From: Bacteroidales bacterium
GTDB taxonomy: Bacteria > Bacteroidota > Bacteroidia > Bacteroidales > UBA932
DNA: 64,000 nucleotides
Reading direction: 5' to 3'
Assembly: GCA_045599325.1 (NCBI GenBank)
Contig: JAZRVT010000005.1
Coordinates: 17,089-81,088 of the forward strand
Shown: in pieces, positions 1-10,218 of the stretch
Layout of the letters: every line of letters begins with the position of its first letter
How positions within the stretch are numbered: position 1 is the first letter of the stretch
The notes under the pieces: model-generated
Told to the model about the DNA's origin: nothing
What the model saw: the letters and a program-made list of their open reading frames with translations, nothing else
The model's database searches: none
Translations under genes and position numbers: made by a program

Positions 1-267
1 GCAGCGCTCCGCAAACCGGCATACCGCGCTCTTGTCAACGCCGACAGGCAGGACAGGACCGAAGTGCCGACGCTCTCCGGCTCAGGGGCTCTGAAGTACA
101 TCGAATTCCTGACAGCGGTGACGGCCGTCTATCTGCTGGCCTATGTTCTCCTCGACTGTGCGGGCTTCAGGCCATTCGGCTTCATAGCCCTCAAGTTCAT
201 CATCAGTTTAGTGATTGACGTGGCGGTCGCGCTGCTCATAAGCGCATCGTTCCTCAACAGGGAATAG
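1..267 (+). CDS. mreD: rod shape-determining protein MreD, C-terminal part (ORF open to the left window edge)
   Basis: Frame 1 has no stop from nt 1 to the stop at 265-267. The tail is hydrophobic/TM-like (YIEFLTAVTAVYLLAYVLL, ALKFIISLVIDVAVALLISA). It ends 1 nt before mrdA-rodA, the canonical mreCD-mrdAB order. Called by context, not by motif. Confidence 0.5.
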   Translation, partial: AALRKPAYRALVNADRQDRTEVPTLSGSGALKYIEFLTAVTAVYLLAYVLLDCAGFRPFGFIALKFIISLVIDVAVALLISASFLNRE

Positions 268-268
268 G

Positions 269-2116
269 ATGGGCGTATATCAGCAGGACCGCAAGACAGT
301 GCTCACCATTGCAATCATCATTGCATTCCTGGTGATGGGCATCCGCCTGTTCAACGTACAGATCATCAACAAGGAGTACAGCCTCTCATCGGACAACAAC
401 GCGCTCAAGTACGAGACACGCTACCCTGCCCGCGGACGTATCCTCGACCGCAACGGCGAGACGATAGTCGACAACAAGATCACATACGACATAATGGTCA
501 CTCCTCACGACGTGAAGGAGTTCGACACCCTCGCGTTCTGCAGGATCTTCGACCTCGACACGGGGTTCGTCCACGAGAAGTTCAGGGAATACAGGATGTA
601 CCGCAGCCGTATCGGCTACCAGACCCTCACTTTCAAGAAGCAGGTCTCCAACGAGCAGTACAATAAGTTCATCGAGAAGAGTTTCCTCTTCGAAGGCTTC
701 TCGGGAGTGCTCCGCACCTCCAGGACCTACCCGAAGAATGCCGGAGGCAACATTCTGGGATACATCTCGGAAGTGGATCCTGCATACCTTGAGAAACATC
801 CCGAATACCGCAGCGGCGACTATGTGGGCAAGACCGGCATAGAGGAATCCTACGAAGAGATACTCCGAGGCGAGAAGGGCTACAACATCTACCTCCGCGA
901 CGCGCACAACCGCATACAGGAACGCTACAAGGACGGAGAGTTCGACAAGGAGGCCATCCCCGGCAAGGATGTGATGACAACACTCGACGCAGACCTCCAG
1001 GCATACGGGGAGAAGCTCATGAAGAACAAGGTCGGCTCCCTGGTCGCCATCGAACCATCCACAGGAGAGATTCTGACAATGGTCTCCAGTCCGGGAATCG
1101 ACGTGAGCCAGTTGTCCGACATCAGCACCCACTACAAGGACCTTGTCCGCGACCCGTACAAGCCGATGTTCAACCGCGCAGTGATGTCGCCGCAGCCGCC
1201 GGGATCGGTCTTCAAGCTGGTCAACGGCCTCATCGGACTGCAGGAGGGTGTGCTCAAACCGTCCACGACATATCCGTGCCACAGGGGCTACGTCATCGGC
1301 AACCTCAGGGTCGGCTGCCACGGCCACCCGAGTCCGCTGGACCTCTACCACTCCATAATGATGTCGTGCAACGCATATTACTGCTATGTATTCCGGTCTA
1401 TAATCGACAACCCGCACTACGGTTCGGTCCGCGAGGGATTCGAGGCGTGGAAGGAATATACCGAGAGCTTCGGGTTCGGCAGGAAGCTGGGCACCGATAT
1501 CCCCGGCGAGCTGGGAGGGACGATGCCTACCGCAGAGCGCTACGACAAGATACACGGCAAGAACCGATGGAAATCCCTCTCCATCATCTCTCTTTCTATC
1601 GGACAGGGAGAGATCGGATGCACGCCGCTCCACCTCGCAAACCTCGCCGCAACAATCGCAAACCGCGGCTACTATTACATACCGCACCTCCAGAAGGACA
1701 CTCCTGAGCTCCCGATCGACGCGAGGTTCAAGGAACGCCAGTACACCAAGGTCGACACCACCCACTTCACCGATGTGGTCAAGGGAATGTATATGGCCGT
1801 CAACGGGGGGCCGGGCGGCACAGCCCGCGTGGCTCAGATTCCGGGAGTCGAGGTCTGCGGAAAGACCGGCACCGCGCAGAACCCTCACGGCGACGACCAC
1901 TCTGTCTTCATCTGCTTCGCCCCGAAGGACGACCCGAAGATTGCGGTGGTGGCATATGTGGAGAACGGCGGTTTCGGAGCGACCTGGGCCTGTCCTGTCG
2001 CGTCGCTTCTCGTCGAGAAATATCTCTGCGGCGAAATCAGCCCGCAGCGCAAATACCTTGAAGACAGAGTGGTCAGCACAAGCCTGCTCTGGAAAGTCAG
2101 AGTCAGGAAGAAATAG
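269..2116 (+). CDS. mrdA: penicillin-binding protein 2 (peptidoglycan D,D-transpeptidase)
   Basis: 615 aa with an N-terminal TM anchor. Class B PBP motifs are present: SxxK (GSVFKLV), SxN (MSCNAYY) and KTG (CGKTGTAQ). Confidence 0.93.
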   Translation: MGVYQQDRKTVLTIAIIIAFLVMGIRLFNVQIINKEYSLSSDNNALKYETRYPARGRILDRNGETIVDNKITYDIMVTPHDVKEFDTLAFCRIFDLDTGFVHEKFREYRMYRSRIGYQTLTFKKQVSNEQYNKFIEKSFLFEGFSGVLRTSRTYPKNAGGNILGYISEVDPAYLEKHPEYRSGDYVGKTGIEESYEEILRGEKGYNIYLRDAHNRIQERYKDGEFDKEAIPGKDVMTTLDADLQAYGEKLMKNKVGSLVAIEPSTGEILTMVSSPGIDVSQLSDISTHYKDLVRDPYKPMFNRAVMSPQPPGSVFKLVNGLIGLQEGVLKPSTTYPCHRGYVIGNLRVGCHGHPSPLDLYHSIMMSCNAYYCYVFRSIIDNPHYGSVREGFEAWKEYTESFGFGRKLGTDIPGELGGTMPTAERYDKIHGKNRWKSLSIISLSIGQGEIGCTPLHLANLAATIANRGYYYIPHLQKDTPELPIDARFKERQYTKVDTTHFTDVVKGMYMAVNGGPGGTARVAQIPGVEVCGKTGTAQNPHGDDHSVFICFAPKDDPKIAVVAYVENGGFGATWACPVASLLVEKYLCGEISPQRKYLEDRVVSTSLLWKVRVRKK

Positions 2117-2118
2117 CT

Positions 2119-3555
2119 ATGATGGGCATCAAATACAAGAAGATTGACTTTGTGACTCTGTGCTGCTACCTGGTGCTGGTCATATTCGGCTGGATGAACA
2201 TCTTTTCATCCTCTGCCGGAGAGAGCGGCTTCGTCTGGAGCATCAGCTCCAAATATGTGATGGACCTCATCTGGGTGGCATCCTCGCTTATCATCGGAGC
2301 CATCATCATCTTCGCGATACCGCCGAGGGCATACTCAGCCGTGGCCTGGCCGCTGTACATACTCATTGTCTTCCTGCTTGTTGCGGTGGCTTTCGTGGGC
2401 GTGGAGGTCAACGGTTCCAAATCCTGGTTCGCGATAGGGCCGTTCAGGCTCCAGCCGGCCGAATTCTCTAAGATATCCACCGCGCTTGCGATAGCATACC
2501 TGCTTGACAAGCGTGAGATAAAGTTCAGTCTGTCGGGCAGGAACAATATCAGGGACCTGCTTTCCATCGCTGCAGTCCTTGTGGTCCCGATGTTTGCCAT
2601 CCTGCTTGAGAAGGAGACAGGCTCCGCCCTGGTCTACCTGGGGTTCCTGCTGGTCTTCTACCGCGAGGGAATGAGCGGATGGGTGCTGATCCTCGGCCTC
2701 CTCGCCATCCTCTTCTTTATCCTGACACTGGTGATGTCGCCGTGGGCGACACTGCTCATACTCATAGGGCTCCTGGGATGCCTCGGTTCCTTCGGCTCGC
2801 GCAAGCTGCACATAGGCGGTCCGATAACGGTGATCACGGTGCTCCTGCTGGCCTTCTTCCCGAGACTTTACAATATCGAGGGCTTCGGCCTCATCCACCG
2901 TTTCGAACCGGAAGTGTGGGTGGCGCTTCTCTCCCTTCCTCCTGTGATTTTCTTCACGCTCAGAAGCCTCATCCGAAGGCAGACGCTCCTTCGCAACGTC
3001 CTGCTCGGCTATCTGCTCGGCATCTGCCTCATATTCTCCGTGCAGTTTGTGTTCGACAACGTGCTCAAGGACCACCAGCGCGCCCGCATCGAGGTACTGC
3101 TCGGCATCAGGGAGGACCCGAAAGGTGTCGGCTACAACGTGAACCAGTCCCTCATTGCCATCGGGTCCGGAGGACTTGCCGGCAAGGGCTTTCTCCAGGG
3201 GACCCAGACCCGCTTCGACTTCGTCCCGGAGCAGAGCACAGACTTCATCTTCTGCACCATCGGCGAAGAGTGGGGCTTCTTCGGTTCGCTGCTGGTGCTC
3301 TCGCTCTATCTTACGATGATCCTGCGGATACTGAACAACTCCGAGAAACAGAAGGACAAGTTCAACCGCATATTCGGATACTGTACGGCCTCGTGCCTGC
3401 TGATGCACGTGATGATCAACATATCGATGACAATAGGCCTGATGCCTGTGATCGGCATCCCGCTGCCGCTGCTGAGCTACGGAGGATCCTCGCTATGGGC
3501 CTTCACCATAATGATATTCATCTACCTGAGGCTTGACCTTGAAAGATGGAAATAG
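2119..3555 (+). CDS. rodA: rod shape-determining protein RodA (FtsW/RodA/SpoVE family)
   Basis: 478-aa polytopic membrane protein. SEDS-type motifs PEQSTDFIF and PLPLLSYGGSS. Starts 2 nt after mrdA. Confidence 0.92.
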   Translation: MMGIKYKKIDFVTLCCYLVLVIFGWMNIFSSSAGESGFVWSISSKYVMDLIWVASSLIIGAIIIFAIPPRAYSAVAWPLYILIVFLLVAVAFVGVEVNGSKSWFAIGPFRLQPAEFSKISTALAIAYLLDKREIKFSLSGRNNIRDLLSIAAVLVVPMFAILLEKETGSALVYLGFLLVFYREGMSGWVLILGLLAILFFILTLVMSPWATLLILIGLLGCLGSFGSRKLHIGGPITVITVLLLAFFPRLYNIEGFGLIHRFEPEVWVALLSLPPVIFFTLRSLIRRQTLLRNVLLGYLLGICLIFSVQFVFDNVLKDHQRARIEVLLGIREDPKGVGYNVNQSLIAIGSGGLAGKGFLQGTQTRFDFVPEQSTDFIFCTIGEEWGFFGSLLVLSLYLTMILRILNNSEKQKDKFNRIFGYCTASCLLMHVMINISMTIGLMPVIGIPLPLLSYGGSSLWAFTIMIFIYLRLDLERWK

Positions 3556-3588
3556 AGAAACACAATAATTAAAAATCCCATACACGCT

Positions 3589-6402
3589 ATGCCACTTAAT
3601 TTCGCTGACAGACACAATGGTCCGAGGGACTGTGAGCAGGAAGAGATGCTCAAGGTCCTGGGTGTCGGGACTCTCGATGAGCTCATCGGCCAGACCGTTC
3701 CAAATGACATTCTGCTCAAGGAACCTCTGAAACTTGACCCTGCAATGAGCGAGCACGACTACACTGTGCGCCTCAAACAGATTGCAGCTCTCAACAAGAA
3801 TTTCCGCTCTATGATCGGAATGGGCTTCTACGGAACTGCATCCCCTGCAGTCATCACACGCAACATCTTTGAGAACCCCTGCTGGTACACATCCTACACC
3901 CCTTATCAGGCGGAAATCTCACAGGGCAGACTTGAGGCCCTGATCAACTTCCAGACAATGATCTCCTCGCTGACCGGCTTCAACCTTGCAAACTGCTCGA
4001 TGCTCGACGATGCGACAGCAGCAGCCGAGGCGATGAGGATGATGTTCGAACTCCGCAGCCGCGACGCTGTCAAGGCAGGCAGGAATGTGATCTTCGTAGA
4101 CCGCAATATCTTCCCTCAGGTCCTTTCAGTGCTCAAGACCCGCGCTGCAGGTCTCGGCATCGAGATCCGCGAGGGCGACTTCGCTTCATACGAGTTCGAG
4201 GAGAAATGCTACGGAGCGTTCGTCCAGTATCCTGCCGCTGACGGTGAGGTGCGCGACTACTCCGCATTCTGCGAAAAGGCTCACGCAGCCGGCTGCCTGG
4301 TAGCTGCTTACGCCGACCTGCTCGCACTCGCACTCCTCAAGGAGCCTGCTGCCTGGGGCGCCGACATCGTCTGCGGTTCAGCGCAGCGTTTCGGTCTTCC
4401 AATGGGCTTCGGAGGACCTACCGCCGGCTATATGGCCTGCTCCGACAAGTATAAGAGGAATCTTCCCGGCCGAATCATCGGCATCTCTGTAGACCGCCTC
4501 GGCAAGAAGGCTGTCCGCCTCGCACTCCAGACACGCGAGCAGCACATCAAGAGAGAGAAGGCTACCTCTAATATCTGCACAGCGACCGCACTGATGGCCA
4601 CTATGACCGGAATGTTCGCTGTATGGCACGGCCCGAAGGGCATCACTGAGATCGCTCAGAACGCCTGGGGCTTCGCCCACGCAGTCGCAGCCAAACTGAA
4701 GGAATCGGGATACAAACTCGCGAGCGACAATTTCTTCGACACCATCAAGGTCGTCGGCGTAGATGCCGCCTCTATCCGCGAGAAGGCTCTCGCAGCAGGT
4801 ATGAACTTCTACTACCCTTGCGGGTCAAGCGTCCAGATCTCCTTCGACGAACTCAGCTGCTGCGAAGAGGCCGCCAGGATCGGCGAAATCTTCGGCTGCA
4901 AGCCTGGATGCCCCGCTATGCCTGAGGCCCCTGCCTTTATGAAGCGCGAAACCCCTATCCTCACTCAGAAGGTATTCAACACATACCACTCAGAGACTGA
5001 GATGATGCGCTACATCAAGGCGCTCGAACGCCGAGACATCTCCCTGGCCCACTCTATGATTCCGCTGGGAAGCTGCACAATGAAGCTCAACGCTGCCGTC
5101 GAGATGATGCCGCTCTCCTGGAGCGAATTCGGCAACCTGCACCCATATGCACCTGCTGACCAGTGCCGGGGCACTCTCCAGGTCATCAGCGAACTGGAGC
5201 ACGACCTCGCTGTCATCACCGGTTTTGACGGCTGCTCACTCCAGCCGAACAGCGGCGCAGCGGGCGAGTATGCAGGCCTTATGACCATCCGCCGCTTCCT
5301 CAACGCCAACGGCGGCAAGGATCGCAACGTGATGATCATCCCTACCTCCGCTCACGGCACCAACCCTGCTTCCGCAGCGATGGCAGGATTCGACATCGTC
5401 CTCGTTGGCTGCGATGACCACGGCAACATCAACGTGGAGGAACTCCGCGAAAAGGCCGATGCAGCAGGCAGCAGCCTCGCAGGTATGATGATCACCTACC
5501 CTTCAACCCACGGCGTGTTCGAAGTCAGGATCCGCGAGATCGTCGACATCATCCACAGCAACGGAGGTCTCCTCTATATGGACGGCGCCAATATGAACGC
5601 CCAGGTAGGTCTGACAAACCCGGGCACCATCGGCGCTGATGTCTGCCACCTCAACCTCCACAAGACCTTCGCGATGCCTCACGGCGGCGGCGGTCCAGGC
5701 GTAGGACCTATCTGCTGCACAGCGGCACTCAAACCTTATCTCCCCGGCCACCCTGTAGTCGGCGAATGCGGCGGCAAGGATATGGACGCAGTCAGCGCAG
5801 CTCCATACGGCAGTCCTCTGCTCCTCCCTATCACCCACGCATACATCAAGATGCTCGGTCCTGACGGTCTCCGCAAGGCATCAGCCATCGCGATCCTCAA
5901 CGCCAACTATATGTCAGCCAAGCTGATGCCTGAGCTGAAGACTCTCTACACAGGCGCAACAGGCCGCGTGGCGCACGAATGCATCATCGACCTCCAGCAC
6001 TTCCGCGCCGAGTACGGCGTAGATGCGACCGACGTCGCAAAGCGCCTTATGGACTTCGGTTTCCACGCTCCTACTCTCTCCTTCCCTGTTCACGAGACTC
6101 TTATGATCGAACCTACTGAGAGCGAGCCGCTTTCCGAACTCGACCGTTTCGTCGATGCACTGAAGACTATCGTCGCAGAATGCGAGGATATCAAGGCCGG
6201 CCGCGCTGACGCAGCCGACAACCCTCTGAAAATGGCGCCTCACACTGCTGACGAGTGCTGCGCTGACACCTGGTCTCATCCTTACGGCCGCGAGCAGGCA
6301 GCATTCCCTCTGGAATGGGTCCGCTACGCAAAGCTCTGGCCTGCTGCATCCCGCGTTGACAACGGATATGGCGACCGCAACCTTGTGACAACAGTTGAAT
6401 AA
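3589..6402 (+). CDS. gcvP: glycine dehydrogenase (decarboxylating), single-chain P protein
   Basis: 937 aa. PLP-lysine region NLHKTFAMPHGGGGPGVGP and N-terminal FxxRHxGP-like start (FADRHNGP) are typical of GcvP. Confidence 0.95.
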   Translation: MPLNFADRHNGPRDCEQEEMLKVLGVGTLDELIGQTVPNDILLKEPLKLDPAMSEHDYTVRLKQIAALNKNFRSMIGMGFYGTASPAVITRNIFENPCWYTSYTPYQAEISQGRLEALINFQTMISSLTGFNLANCSMLDDATAAAEAMRMMFELRSRDAVKAGRNVIFVDRNIFPQVLSVLKTRAAGLGIEIREGDFASYEFEEKCYGAFVQYPAADGEVRDYSAFCEKAHAAGCLVAAYADLLALALLKEPAAWGADIVCGSAQRFGLPMGFGGPTAGYMACSDKYKRNLPGRIIGISVDRLGKKAVRLALQTREQHIKREKATSNICTATALMATMTGMFAVWHGPKGITEIAQNAWGFAHAVAAKLKESGYKLASDNFFDTIKVVGVDAASIREKALAAGMNFYYPCGSSVQISFDELSCCEEAARIGEIFGCKPGCPAMPEAPAFMKRETPILTQKVFNTYHSETEMMRYIKALERRDISLAHSMIPLGSCTMKLNAAVEMMPLSWSEFGNLHPYAPADQCRGTLQVISELEHDLAVITGFDGCSLQPNSGAAGEYAGLMTIRRFLNANGGKDRNVMIIPTSAHGTNPASAAMAGFDIVLVGCDDHGNINVEELREKADAAGSSLAGMMITYPSTHGVFEVRIREIVDIIHSNGGLLYMDGANMNAQVGLTNPGTIGADVCHLNLHKTFAMPHGGGGPGVGPICCTAALKPYLPGHPVVGECGGKDMDAVSAAPYGSPLLLPITHAYIKMLGPDGLRKASAIAILNANYMSAKLMPELKTLYTGATGRVAHECIIDLQHFRAEYGVDATDVAKRLMDFGFHAPTLSFPVHETLMIEPTESEPLSELDRFVDALKTIVAECEDIKAGRADAADNPLKMAPHTADECCADTWSHPYGREQAAFPLEWVRYAKLWPAASRVDNGYGDRNLVTTVE

Positions 6403-6418
6403 CCCTTAATCGATAAAA

Positions 6419-6868
6419 ATGAAGAAAATCATCCTTACACTTTTTGCAATTGCAGCCCTCGCGGGCTCATCATTCGCCCAGACCAGGGACGCATTCGGTG
6501 TGCGCCTCGGCTATGGTTCATTCTTCAACGGCGAACTCTCCTACCAGAAGTGCGTCGGCGGCATCAACCGCGTTGAGACTGACCTCGGCATCGACCTTGA
6601 CGGCGAGAATGTCGGCGTTACCCTCTCTGCAATCTACCAGTGGCACTGGAACCTCTCAGGCGGCCTCGGCTTCTACATCGGTCCGGGCGCTCAGGCAGAT
6701 GTCTTCAACAGCCATTTCGGAATCGGTATCGGCGGACAGCTAGGTCTTGACTATCAGTTCAACGCACCTGTCCAGCTCTCACTCGACGTACGCCCTATGT
6801 GGAACTTCATCGGCCACGTCACCGGCTTCAACTACGGTGCCGCCCTCGGTATCCGCTACGCATTCTGA
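6419..6868 (+). CDS. small outer-membrane beta-barrel (porin-family) protein
   Basis: 149 aa. Signal peptide MKKIILTLFAIAALAGSSFAQ, alternating Gly/aromatic beta-strand pattern, C-terminal aromatic residue (YAF). Confidence 0.75.
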   Translation: MKKIILTLFAIAALAGSSFAQTRDAFGVRLGYGSFFNGELSYQKCVGGINRVETDLGIDLDGENVGVTLSAIYQWHWNLSGGLGFYIGPGAQADVFNSHFGIGIGGQLGLDYQFNAPVQLSLDVRPMWNFIGHVTGFNYGAALGIRYAF

Positions 6869-6889
6869 GTCCTGAAAGGACAAGACTGG

Positions 6890-6925
6890 GAGAGGATGGC
6901 CTTACGGTCATCCTCTCTCTTTATT
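6890..6925. terminator. bidirectional intrinsic terminator between convergent OM-barrel gene and comF
   Basis: 12-bp stem (one G-U pair): GAGAGGATGGCC (6890-6901), loop TTAC, GGTCATCCTCTC (6906-6917). Followed by TCTTTATT on the plus strand and a T-rich tract on the minus strand. Confidence 0.6.
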
Positions 6926-7658
6926 CTCCCACGAAGGCCAGAGAGGCGACGTATATCCTGAAGTCGGTAGCCAGGACTGAAGCGCAGGCGGCAAGAGTCG
7001 CTCCGGTGGTCATCACATCATCCACCAGAAGCACATTCCGCACCCCTTCACGGGCGAGCTCTCCGACGTGGCGGGGGTATGCGGCAAATGCACCTCTGAC
7101 ATTGCGGGCCTTCGCCCCAGCAGACATCTTTGTCTGGCTCCTTGTGTAGCGGCGCCGGCGGACAAGCTTAGTCTCGAGCGGTTTCCCGAGAGCGTCAGCG
7201 ATGCCGGATGCTATCACTTCCGCCTGGTTGTAACCCCGGCTCCACCGTCTCAGCGGATGGAGCGGCACGGGCACGACTATGTCTATCTCCCTGAACTCCC
7301 GGCTCCCGGCGAGATATCCGCCGAAGAGCCTGCCCATCCTGTAACCGAGCTCCTTCCTGCCGCAGTACTTGATTCCATACTGAATCCTGCGGTACGGGCT
7401 CTGCCGGCTGAACCTGATGAATGAGGCAGCGGCCTCAACCTCGATTTTCACCGCCATCCGCTCGAACGCCGCATTCTGCTGCCAGTCCCAGAACCAGGTC
7501 AGCGGCATCCCGGCGAAGCATTCAGGGCAGATTTCCTTTTCTTCCAGCCGCAGCGGCCTTCCGCACACAATGCATCTCCTCGGAAAAAAGAGGTCTCTCA
7601 ACCCCAGGACAGAAGTCCTTAACCTCCTCACAACCCCATCACAACCAGTCTTTTTCAT
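6921..7658 (-). CDS. comF: ComF family protein (phosphoribosyltransferase-like)
   Basis: 245 aa. N-terminal double CxxC (CIVCGRPL...CPEC) and C-terminal PRTase motif LLVDDVMTTGATL. Confidence 0.85.
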   Translation of the reverse strand: MKKTGCDGVVRRLRTSVLGLRDLFFPRRCIVCGRPLRLEEKEICPECFAGMPLTWFWDWQQNAAFERMAVKIEVEAAASFIRFSRQSPYRRIQYGIKYCGRKELGYRMGRLFGGYLAGSREFREIDIVVPVPLHPLRRWSRGYNQAEVIASGIADALGKPLETKLVRRRRYTRSQTKMSAGAKARNVRGAFAAYPRHVGELAREGVRNVLLVDDVMTTGATLAACASVLATDFRIYVASLAFVGE

Positions 7659-7673
7659 ACAGCTGACAGATTT

Positions 7674-8852
7674 TCAACCCCGCGCCTTTGACAGCCGGCG
7701 ACGGAGAGGCTCGTCGTAAAGCTTGAGAGCGGCGAAGGCGAGGACGACGTTGCCGGCCACGAGAGCGACCATCCACGGCCAGCACTCCACCGGTGTCCTC
7801 CAGGTCTGAGGGAACCCTATATAGGCGTAGAAAAGATACATCGTCGGATAGTGAACCGCATAGAGAGGATAAGATATCCCGCCGAGGAACTTGCAGATTG
7901 CGGTCGAAGTCCTGCCGGTTGTCGTTCCCGACGCCCCGATCCAGACAACCACAGGGAACACAAAGAGGACACAGGCGACCTCGTAAAGGCAGTTTATCCA
8001 GGTCTTGCCGCCTCCGAGAGAAGGCATCGCAAGGAGAACGACGATCAGAAGGGTGCATACCCAGAAAGCACCGCGGACCTTCACGGGCTTCAGGACAGGC
8101 CTGAAGTCAGAGTCCTGCCTCTGACGGGCATCACCGTGCATAAGTCTGCAGAGCAGCAGTCCCATCGAGAAAGGCACCAGCATCCGGAGCAGTCCGCCCC
8201 AGAAATTGAACCCGTCGAGAGTCCAGCCAACGCCGATGTTCCCATATCCTACAACATCGGAGACCGCAAACACCGCGAAGCCTGCCGCAAGGACAGAAGT
8301 CACAATGGCGAGTATCCTGGTCGGCAGTTTGCGCAGCACCAGCGCATAGATGACATTGCCGATATATTCGAAGAAAAGGGACCAGTGCGGGCCGTTGAGC
8401 GGGAACATCTCCGCATTACCGCGCACGTCGCCCGCGGCCCCGGGAAATTCAGGAATCATAAACAGATGCAGGAGCACCGCTGTCATAATTGCTGAAACCG
8501 CAGCCTTTTCACCAGACCAGCCGGTTCCGCCGCCAATCAGGAAAGTGACAAGCCCGAGCACGACGCCGAACACGACCATCGGGTGCAGGCGGACCAGCCT
8601 CCTTTTGAAAAAGCCTCCGATGGACATCCCCTGCCCCTTCGAAGCACTGCGCCATCTGTCATCGTATGCATATCCGACCACGAAACCGGAAAGTATGAAA
8701 AAGAAATCGACCGCCAGGTATCCGTGGCCTATGATCCAGGTATCAGCCGGAAAACATTCATAACAGTGGTAGACGATGACCATCAGCGCAGCGACACCGC
8801 GGAGGCCGTCCAGCAGGTCATACCGTTTCTTCAGGGCGGGAGCCGTATCCAT
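7674..8852 (-). CDS. acyltransferase family 3 membrane protein
   Basis: 392 aa, about 10 TM segments. N-terminal LDGLRGVAALMVIVYH motif typical of Acyl_transf_3 / OafA-like enzymes. Confidence 0.85.
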   Translation of the reverse strand: MDTAPALKKRYDLLDGLRGVAALMVIVYHCYECFPADTWIIGHGYLAVDFFFILSGFVVGYAYDDRWRSASKGQGMSIGGFFKRRLVRLHPMVVFGVVLGLVTFLIGGGTGWSGEKAAVSAIMTAVLLHLFMIPEFPGAAGDVRGNAEMFPLNGPHWSLFFEYIGNVIYALVLRKLPTRILAIVTSVLAAGFAVFAVSDVVGYGNIGVGWTLDGFNFWGGLLRMLVPFSMGLLLCRLMHGDARQRQDSDFRPVLKPVKVRGAFWVCTLLIVVLLAMPSLGGGKTWINCLYEVACVLFVFPVVVWIGASGTTTGRTSTAICKFLGGISYPLYAVHYPTMYLFYAYIGFPQTWRTPVECWPWMVALVAGNVVLAFAALKLYDEPLRRRLSKARG

Positions 8853-8854
8853 CT

Positions 8855-9301
8855 CTATTCCCCGTATCTTCTGATGTCTTTCTCCTTGATGGATTCGCGC
8901 TTGTCGAATTCACGCTTTCCGCGTGCGAGAGCGATGTTGAGCTTTGCGTAGCCGTTGTCGGCGATATAGAGCTTTGTGGCCACGATGGTGAGGCCCTTCT
9001 CCTTGACGGACCTCTCGAGACGTTTCAGTTCCCGCCGGGTCAGGAGAAGCTTGCGGTCGCGGCGCGGGTCCTGGCGGCTGAAGGCCGAACCCCACCAGTA
9101 TTCCGCAACATTCATATTCTTCACATAGAGTTCGCCGTTCACGAAGTAGCAGTAGCTGTCCACCAAAGACGCCTTCCCCGCACGGATAGACTTGATCTCC
9201 GTGCCGTTGAGGACAATACCGGCAGTGAAGTGCTCAATGAATTCATACTCGAACCCAGCCTTCTTGTTCTTAATCTCTATTTTGCTCTTTGCCTTGGGCA
9301 T
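8855..9301 (-). CDS. smpB: SsrA-binding protein SmpB
   Basis: 148 aa. Pattern [10 protein letters not shown]...[19 protein letters not shown]...RDRKLLL...GKREFDKRE matches SmpB. Confidence 0.92.
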   Translation of the reverse strand: MPKAKSKIEIKNKKAGFEYEFIEHFTAGIVLNGTEIKSIRAGKASLVDSYCYFVNGELYVKNMNVAEYWWGSAFSRQDPRRDRKLLLTRRELKRLERSVKEKGLTIVATKLYIADNGYAKLNIALARGKREFDKRESIKEKDIRRYGE

Positions 9302-9347
9302 ACCGCACTATGATGCACAAACTCTTTAATACGTTACAAAAATAGAT

Positions 9348-9355
9348 TAATTTTG
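9348..9355 (+). promoter_or_regulatory. Bacteroidetes -7 promoter box TAATTTTG upstream of miaA
   Basis: Exact TAnnTTTG match, 5 nt before the ATG at 9361. The track's GTG start at 9355 lies inside the box. Confidence 0.45.
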
Positions 9356-9360
9356 TGAAA

Positions 9361-10218
9361 ATGTACGAAGATTACGACCTGATATGCGTACTTGGGCCGA
9401 CAGCGAGCGGCAAAACCAGGTATGCCGTCTCCCTCGCGAAGGAGATGGGCGGCGAGATTCTCTCCGGTGACTCGCGTCAGGTCTACCGCGGAATGGACAT
9501 CGGCACAGGCAAGGACCTGGCCGACTACGACGGAATCCCCTACCATCTGATAGACATAGCCGACGCTGGCACGAAATACAACATCTACCAGTACCAGCAC
9601 GACTTCGAGAAAGCTTACCGGGACATCCTTTCCCGAGGGAAGCGGCCGATACTTTGCGGCGGCAGCGGGCTCTACATAGAAGCCGCCACCTGCGGATACT
9701 ATCTCCCCGACGTGCCGGCCAACCCGGCGCTGAGGGAAGAGCTCGGAAAACTGCCGACAGAAGAGCTCATAGCCCGCTATGAAGCGCTCCGCACCCCTCA
9801 CAACACCACAGACTACGACACCCGCCAGAGACTCATCCGCGCGCTGGAGATAGCGATATATGAAGAGACGCACCCGGTCAGCCGCACCGGTTTCCTGCCG
9901 AAGAAAACCAAGTATCTGGGGATAGACGTCTCTCGCGAAGTGCGCAACGCAAGGATAGACGCCCGCCTCGAAGCACGTCTCGAAGAGGGAATGGTTGACG
10001 AAGTGAAGCGGCTGCTGGACAGCGGGATACCGCCGGAGGACCTGCTCTACTACGGTCTGGAGTACAAGTTCCTGACCCTCTACCTCACCGGTCAGATGGA
10101 CTACGGTACAATGGTCACCCGGCTCAGGACGGCCATCCACCAGTTCGCCAAGAGGCAGATGACCTGGTTCAGGGGGATGGAGCGCAGGGGAATTGAAATT
10201 GAATGGATAAAGATATGA
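9361..10218 (+). CDS. miaA: tRNA dimethylallyltransferase
   Basis: P-loop GPTASGKT and SGDSRQVYRGMDIGTGK motif. Start moved to the ATG at 9361 (MYEDYDLICVLGPTASGKT). Confidence 0.93.
   Translation: MYEDYDLICVLGPTASGKTRYAVSLAKEMGGEILSGDSRQVYRGMDIGTGKDLADYDGIPYHLIDIADAGTKYNIYQYQHDFEKAYRDILSRGKRPILCGGSGLYIEAATCGYYLPDVPANPALREELGKLPTEELIARYEALRTPHNTTDYDTRQRLIRALEIAIYEETHPVSRTGFLPKKTKYLGIDVSREVRNARIDARLEARLEEGMVDEVKRLLDSGIPPEDLLYYGLEYKFLTLYLTGQMDYGTMVTRLRTAIHQFAKRQMTWFRGMERRGIEIEWIKI

Noticed and set aside
386-1900. 504-aa ORF antisense to mrdA
   Set aside because: It lies entirely within the PBP2 gene, which has clear catalytic motifs. Its translation is Arg/Val/Ala/Asp-rich low-complexity sequence typical of the antisense frame of GC-rich coding DNA.
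2335-3408. 357-aa ORF antisense to rodA (and the 2679-3536 plus-strand alternative frame)
   Set aside because: RodA motifs define the true frame. These translations are Arg/Glu/His-rich with no TM or domain pattern.
9334-10140. 268-aa ORF antisense to miaA
   Set aside because: The MiaA P-loop and full-length match occupy the opposite strand, and the antisense product has no recognisable features.
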